Of a DNA stretch of 64,000 nucleotides, positions 57,122 through 64,000 are shown one piece after another. The DNA lies in contig OZ218953.1 of assembly GCA_965112735.1 (NCBI GenBank), positions 372,001 to 436,000 of the forward strand, given 5' to 3'. Under the pieces are notes generated by a model, which had not been told where the DNA came from, searched no databases, and worked only from the letters and a program-made list of their open reading frames with translations. Position 1 is the first letter of the stretch, and each line of letters starts with the position of its first letter. The stretch is from Phaeosaccion multiseriatum. Lineage: Eukaryota > Protista > Ochrophyta, other classes. A program made the translations under genes and the position numbers.

Positions 57122-59132
57122 TCAGCCCCCGAGGTGCTCCATATCCGCCACCAGCACCATGATGTACACGCCTGCACACAACGCGGCGCCCTCTGCCATG
57201 GTCTGCCCCAGGCCGGAGGGAGAGGCGAGAATCTCGGGCACAAGAGTGGCGCCAGAGATGTAGATGAAGCCCCCTGCCGTTACGGAAAGTAGCACTCGCT
57301 CCATGCCGTGGAAGCTGTTGGGGGGTGAGGAGAGGGAGGGACGGAGGCTGAGGGGTGAGTGTTGAGAAATGAGGTAGGGGTAGGTGGGTGTCCTCAGTGA
57401 GATGGAAGGTTTTAAGAGTTGATGAGGAGGTTTCTGTCCTCAGCAGAAGCCCCTCTCCATGCTCCCCCCCTTCCTTCCGCCCCCCTTCTCCACCATCCCG
57501 AAGCGCCGCCCCCATACCCTCCTGGCTTACCCCTGCCTATTGCCTGCCCCTGCCCATATGCCTGCCCCTGCCCCTCCCCCCTCCTTCCCTTCCCTCGTAA
57601 CTCGCTCACTTGGTGACAAAGAGGCCGATGGCGGTGCCCAGGAAGGCTCCTAAGGCCGTGCAGAACTGAGCCCCAATGGCCTGCCACTTGCTGTAACCGT
57701 TCCTCACCTGCAGTCAGAGCAGTGGCCAGGGGAGGGCACGACAGTGGAGCGGATGGCAGTGGAGGGGTAGGTGGGAATGAGCCACACAAGCGAAGCCGAA
57801 AAGAACAGGACGGGAGAGAGATGGGAAGCACAACAGCACAGCACAGCTCTAAGGGGGGCGAGGGGTTACCGCTGAGGGGGGGGGGGTACCTACCCTACCG
57901 CTCTACAACTCTACCGCCTGCAGCAACAGCCCTGGGGGCCTCCGCGCCGTAGACCGAGAGGCGCTGCACCCGAGGCCCAACCCCAGGCAGGGCCCAAGCC
58001 CAGGCAAGCGAGAGGCAGCAGCTGGCGAGAGGCTTCTCATACACTACTTGAACTACTTCCTACTTGCTCCTCCTGCCTTCTACCTACTATCTGTACCATA
58101 CCGCCCGTATCACCAACCGCTTCACCTCTCACCAACACAGTGTAGTCCCCCAGCTCGTGCGGCAGCTCATGCAGGGCCGTGCTTAGTGTAGTGGCCACCC
58201 CCACCCCGTGTCCGGACGAGAAGGCCGCCCCGATTGCCAACCCGTCCGTAAGGTTGTGCAGCGCGTCCGCAGCCAGGTTGAGCCAGCTGCAGACCTGCTG
58301 CTGCTGCTGTTGGATCACCAACTGCTCATTCACCTGCCGGTACTCCTCCTCCTGGTCGTGTTGGTAATCCACTTCGTCTTGCTCGTCCTGCTCGTCCTGC
58401 TGATCCCCCCCTCCCTCGTCGTCGTAGTCGCTGTCCTGCTCGTCCTCGTCGCTCGAGTAAATGTTGACATCTTTGCTCCTGACCTCTGTTTTTGCCTGTC
58501 TGGAGGGCTGTCTTCGCCTTAGGCCGCTGGACCCGCTGGGGGGGGACTCCTCCTCCCTGGTGCCGGCGTGGGCAGAGCTGTGACTGCTGCCGGTGCTGGC
58601 TGTGGGGCTAGTGCAGGTGCTGAGGACACTCTTGCTAGACTGGGCGGGGCTATGTCCACCGTGACTGTGACTGTGACCATGTGAGTCACGGTTTTTACCG
58701 CCGCTCGCTCCCAAGCGACACAGCCGCTCAAAGAGGAAGAAGAAGATGAAGCCGGCAAGAATGTACAGCCCCACCTGCAACGCCTCGTCAGAGTGCCCAT
58801 GCCCATGCCCGTGCCCGTGATGGTGGTGATGGTGATGGTCAGTAACATGGGCCCCAAGCTCCCTGCGCGCCTCTCCCGCGAGGAGGTGCTCTTGGACATG
58901 TAGTTGCTCTACGTGGACGTGGACATGTTCTATACTGTGACTGTGGCTATCCTCGTGGCTGTGGCTGTGGCTGTGGCCTTCGTCGATGCCCACGTCTCCG
59001 TACGCCCCCACCTCTCCGGCAACAACCTCTTCGCCTCCTCCTCCTCCTCCTCCTCCGCCTCCGCCTCCAAATCCCCCTCCTCCCCCTCCGCCTCCTCCTC
59101 CTCCTCCTCCTCCTCCTCCTCCACCTACTGAT

Positions 59133-59163
<31 letters not shown>

Positions 59164-59563
59164 ACGACGCTCCTCCTCCTGCTCCTACCCTCCCTCCTTC
59201 TGATCCTCCTCCTGCTGCCACTCCCCCCTCATCAGCATGAGAGTGCTCCCCGCCCATAAGATGAGGCAGCAGGTGCAAGAACACGTCCCCCATCATCCCC
59301 CCCACCGCGAAGCAGAGCATCAGCTTTTGAAGAACGCCCCCGCTATCCTCCATACTGGCCGCAGTCGACACCGGCACGAAGACGAGAATGAGAGTAGGAA
59401 GGGTGCTGATGAGGGTCGTGGCCGCCATAGCCTTGAGCCAAACGGAAGGTCGCCCATCTCCCTCATCTGTTCCCCCTCCTTCTCCAGCTGCTGCAAAGCG
59501 TTGCTCACCAGCTCCGAATCCTCCGAGCACAAGCAGGCAGGACACGAGTACGCTACACTTCAT
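57122..59563 (-). CDS. ZIP zinc transporter, LIV-1/ZIP7(KE4)-like, His-rich
   Basis: Signal peptide, [17 protein letters not shown], several H-x repeat tracts, [41 protein letters not shown]. Confidence 0.9.
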
Positions 59564-59851
59564 CCCTCCCCCCTTTTATGCTTTTGCTTCACTTTTGAAC
59601 TGTTGATGATCGATCCACATTTGTTCGCTCGACATCGCTTGAGCCTGGGCCGTATGACCACAAAATGATCACAAAATCCCGACTCACACCAGCGCCTTTT
59701 CCACGCTTGGAGGGGAAGCAGCAGCATCAACGCGAGGAGAAAGAGGACGAGGAGTAGTAGGAGGAGGAGAAGGTAGGCTGAGAAGATAGAGCAGCATTAA
59801 TTGCAACAGCAGCAGCAGCAGCAGCAATTATAGGAGTGAAGGAGTGCATAG

Positions 59852-62801
59852 ATGAAGGGGCTTTCCAGCGTTGTAGGCCGTCTGCGGCTAGTGCTGCTGC
59901 TGTGGCTACTGACCTCTGGCGAGGTGCTTAGTGTGTTTAGCGGGGTGGGGCTTGCCGCAGGTGGATCCCCTTTCGGAGGCAAGGCAAAGGGGGGGGGCAA
60001 AGACGCCCCGACCAAGAAGGGGGGCAGGTCCGGGGTGGCAGCAGTAGGGGAGGTGTGTGACGCCAGTGCCCAGGCGGCGGGCACGTGTATCAACAAGGCG
60101 GTCACCTACAGAGGAGGTGAGTGGAAACCATTGCTTCGAGTGGCAGGGGAAGGGGGGTGGCAACACACCGTGTCTCGTGACCTTGGCATGGCTTTCCAGA
60201 ACAGACAAGAGACATAAGAGGTATGTGACGCTGCATTCGACCTACCTGCCTGCCTGCTTGCCTCCCCTCTTGCCCGCCCTCCTCCAGGCTTTGGCGGCGG
60301 GGGCACGGCCATGGACCTGACCCTGATCAAGGTGGTGATGCAGCTTGTCCTCACCACCATCAATGTGGCGTGCTGGCTGCTTCCCCTCAAGCTCAAGCGC
60401 TTTACAGAGTCCAAGGTGGCCATCAGCCTGGCCAACGCGTTTAGTGGGGGCGTTTTTTTGTCGCTGGCCTTTGGACACATGCTGCCGCATGCACAGCACG
60501 GATTCGAGCACTCGAATCTGCCCGCACAGGTCAGTCAGTCAGTCAGGCAGTCGGTCATGGGCACGCAAATAGACAGGCAGGCGGAAAGACAGGCAGAGAC
60601 TGACACCGACAGGCAGGCGGACAGAGAGACAGACAGACAGAAAGATAGAGAGAGACACACACACAGAGAGGAGAGAGAGGAGAGAGAGAGGACAGACAGA
60701 CAGAGAGGCAGTGCATGGAAGGCAGAAGGAAGGCCCCCTGTGGCCCTTTGAGAAGGGCAAACACGCACATCACTGTCAGTTTGACTGTCAGTTTGTGGTG
60801 CTCCGGCGGCCCTCCCCGTCTCTCACTCAGCCCCCCCCTTGCCCCCCCCCCCCCCCCTTGGCCTATGCGCTCCATTGCGCTCCATTGCACTCCAGCTGCC
60901 GTACTACCTGACCCTTGGAGGCTATATTCTCATCTTCTTCGTGGAGAAAGTGGCCTTCGACACACACACCATGCTCGAGGTGTCGGAGGTGAGTGAGTGA
61001 GTCATGAGGGAGGGAGTGAGTCAGTGAGTCAGTGAGTGAGTGAGTGAGTGAGTGAGTGAGTGAGTGAGTGAGTGAGTGAGTGAGTGAGTGAGTGGGGTGA
61101 GGGGCCCCAGTCAGTCAGTGATGGACCCCAGTTAGTTATGGCCCCCCGTCAGTCATTTAGCCAGGGCTAGGCCCAGCGCTTGACTGTCGCTTGACTGTCT
61201 TTCGCTTGACTGTCGCTTGACTGTCGCTTGACTGTCGCTTGACTGTCGCTTGACTGTCGCTTGACGGTCGCTTGACTGTCGCTTGACTGTCGCTTGGCTT
61301 TCGCTTGACTTTCGCTTGACTGTCGCTTGACTGTCGCTTGACTGTCGCTTGGCTTTCGCTTGACTGTCGCTTGACTGTCGCTTGACTGTCGCTTGACTGT
61401 CGCTTGACTTTCGCTTGGCTTTCGCTTGACTGTCGCTTGTCTGTCGCTTGACTGTCGCTCGACCCGGCCTGACCCTTCCTTGTGCAAGCAAGTAGGCTAA
61501 CAACAAACAAACTACCCCCTCACCCGTCCTCCTCCTCCCACCTCCGTCACTGTGCCTCCTACCCTTGCCCTTGCCCTTGTCCTTACCCCCCCCCCCCCCC
61601 TCCCCCCAGGACGACGGAAAGAAGATCGAGAAAGCCATCAAGGGCAGTCCCAAGGGCGGCAAGAACGACAACAAGATTAGCATCAGCGGTAGTGGCAGCG
61701 GCACCAGCGGACGCAGTGCCACCATCCTCCTCCTCGCTCTCTCTGTGCACTCTCTCTTCGAGACCATGGCCATGGGCATTAGCAAGACCAAACTCGACAC
61801 CTCCCTTCTCGCCATGAGCATCGGTCTGCACCAGCCCGCAGAATCGCTCGCTCTCCTTGTGTCCTTCCTCAAGTCGGGTTTATCCCAGGGACAGATCATT
61901 AAAATGCTCAGTATCTTTAGCTGTGTGGGCCCCCTGGGGTGTGCGCTGGGAGGTGAGGAGCGTGGACTGGGCAGAGGGAGGGCAGGGGAGGGGAGAGACA
62001 GACACCAAGTTCGCTGTCCAGTCCCCACTCTGTCCTAACGCAGTCTTCTCTCCCTCCCTCACGTACGCCCCCATCCACCTGCCTGCCTGTCTGCCTGCCT
62101 GCCTGCCTGCTTGCCTGCTCTTGGCTAACACCTGTATGTGTCTTGCCCTCATCTCTTATCCCCCCGATGTCCCGACTCTCGTCCCTCCTTCTTCGTCCCT
62201 CAGTGCTCATCAGCGAGGTGGCTGGGGAACTTGCCGACGCCATCCTCGTGGCCATTGCTGCGGGTACTTTCATCTATGTAGGGGCCACAGAGGTCATTGC
62301 AGAAGAGTTCGAGCACCCAGAGAACAAGTGGAAGAAGTTCTTCGCCCTAGCAGGTGCGTGTCCTGTCCTTGCGGGTAACGGACGGCTGGGGGGGGGGGGG
62401 GGGTGAGTGGCCTATGGGGTAGCTGACGGGTTGTGGGTGAGAGGAGGGGGAGGGAAGGAGGGTTGAGGGGGTGCTTACATGTGCGTGTTGGTTGTTTGCT
62501 GTCTCACCCCCCCCGCCCCGCCCCGTCCCCGTCCGCTCCTCTCCCTCCCCTCTCTCAATCTCCCCCCCCCCCGTCGTTTTCTCTCTCTTCTTTCTCTCCG
62601 TCCTCTCTTTCCCCCCCTCTCCCTCCCCCCCTCTCTCCTCTCTCTCTCCCCTCTCTCACTCCCCTCTCTCCCACCCTCTCTCTCCTCCCTCCCCCCCCCT
62701 CTCCTTGCCCTTTGTTGTATGCTTGCATGCGTGCAGGAGGCATTGTGCTGATCGGTTACATCACCACGTGGGCCGAGGCCTTGGAGGGGCGGACCGGCTA
62801 G
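59852..62801 (+). CDS. ZIP metal transporter, ZIP1/2/3 (subfamily II)-like
   Basis: ANAFSGGVFLSLAFGHMLPHA, GYILIFFVEKV, ALSVHSLFETMAMG, IGLHQPAESLAL, AAGTFIYVGATEVI; stop at 62801. Confidence 0.9.
61177..61458. repeat. 11-bp tandem repeat CGCTTGACTGT, about 25 copies (intron)
   Basis: Seen directly, with variant units CGCTTGGCTTT and CGCTTGACTTT. Confidence 0.9.
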
Positions 62802-63230
62802 TGGAGGGTGGAGGGGTGGAGGGGGGGGAGGGTAAGGGTTGCGAGTGGAAGAGCCAAACAGCAGCGCAGATAGAGAGAGAGAGGGGGAGGGAGAGAGGGA
62901 GGGAGGGAGGAAAAGCGGAGGGTGCCACCTTTTTTTTTAGTAGAGGGGCGCTCGTTATTTAAATATCGTCGCGTTCTTTGGGAAGGGAAAGGAGAAAGGA
63001 AGGGTCCCCGCCCGGTGCAGCGTCCGCTTGTGTCCGCCGCCTGGCCGCACAGAGGGCAGGGGGCAGGGGGCAGGGGGCGACATACCACAAGCCGGAGGTG
63101 GCAGCAGATAGACGTGAGAAGCAAGCCGAGACGATAGATAGACATTGCTTTCAATAGAAACACCCCCCCCCCCTCCTTCTACATATTTCCTTCCCTCCTC
63201 TTCCGGGCCCTCTTCCGCCCATTTTATGGT

Positions 63231-63322
63231 CAACCCCTGATGCACTTTCGCCCACATTCTCGATAGCGCATAGCCGATCGGCTGGCGCCGGCGATAGCGG
63301 ATAGCGGATAGTGCATCGGTTG
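63231..63322. mobile_element. Putative ~90-bp MITE-like element with imperfect terminal inverted repeats
   Basis: Left CAACCCCTGATGCACT versus right AGTGCATCGGTTG; interior is homologous to the repeat near 5014-5102. Confidence 0.5.
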
Positions 63323-63814
63323 CTATGGTCCAATCAATTTTTGATTTGAAATTGTATATTGATGACCTCCATCGATATCGATATCGATACGATGTATATC
63401 GATCACCGGCCGCCTCACAGGCTGGCGAGATGAATTCCAATTCCCCCAGGGGCCTCGCGACGACGCCTTATTTGGGGCGAGGTCCACGAAGTGTTCTGCT
63501 CGCTGCTCCAGGCCACTTCCTTTCCCCGTGCTGGTCAGCGCTCCTGCTGAGGTGTCGCAGTAGGAGGCGTGTGGAGGCGGGGGCGTGCTGCGCTCCCTCA
63601 GCGGCGAAAGAGGGAAGCAGTTGTTTGCGCAGTTTGAGTGACGAGGCGTAAAGCGAAGGGGGGAGAGTGGGAGCAAGTAGAGGGCATAGACATTTGGCAA
63701 GTGCTACTCATCAGAAGAAGCGGCGGCAACAGCAGGGGGGCTTGGGCTCTGCGGTCGAAAGCCACTCTTGGGGAGGGGCAGACGGCTTTGTTTGGAGAGT
63801 AGAAGGAACAAGAT

Positions 63815-64000
63815 ATGTCTGGACAGGCGGCGACAACGAAGGAGGCGGGGGCAGGAGGGAAAGAAGACGCCTCAAAAGGAGAAGAAGTCTCATCGTCGTC
63901 GGCGCCGGCGAATGTGAATGGTGCGGAAGGTGGGGAGGGGGCCGAGGGGGCAGCAGCAACACCCGTTGCCAAGGAGAGAGATGATGTTGACGGAATCATC
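63815..64000 (+). CDS. Probable 5' end of a gene running off the window
   Basis: ATG at 63815 opens MSGQAATTKEAGAGGKEDASKGEEVSSSSAPANVNG...KERDDVDGII to the window edge. Confidence 0.35.
   Translation, partial: MSGQAATTKEAGAGGKEDASKGEEVSSSSAPANVNGAEGGEGAEGAAATPVAKERDDVDGII

Noticed and set aside
61177-61458. ORFs with SSDSQATVKRQ repeats; CRISPR-like array
   Set aside because: Translation of an 11-bp intronic minisatellite inside the ZIP gene.

Overview
Gene-dense, intron-rich, GC-rich eukaryotic DNA. It is most likely from a photosynthetic stramenopile (ochrophyte), inferred from a bipartite-type plastid presequence on a fused TrpEG; many introns are filled with microsatellites. About 16 protein-coding genes can be assembled by hand across GT-AG introns, almost all arranged as head-to-head pairs: tandem hnRNP-Q-acidic-domain protein / small zinc-ribbon CaaX protein; Myb/SANT-like coiled-coil protein; TKL kinase-PH-SAM-PX / CLASP; GAPDH / MFS permease; HUS1; GPKOW / FNIP-repeat protein; Tubby-multiTM-beta-adaptin-appendage protein / CinA-like-nucleotidyltransferase; hypothetical / anthranilate synthase TrpEG; ZIP / ZIP. 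The standout is at 19768-26529. A 9-exon GAPDH of the bacterial ArsJ-associated type and a 10-exon ArsJ-family organoarsenical efflux permease are transcribed divergently from a shared 455-bp spacer. This looks like a spliced, eukaryotic version of the bacterial gapdh-arsJ arsenate-detoxification module. Other points of interest are a ~1-kb foldback palindrome upstream of HUS1, a GATAGC-rich MITE-like family, two short motifs dispersed across unrelated genes, and several unusual domain fusions. All gene models were spliced by eye and family calls rest on recalled motifs; no database search was run.
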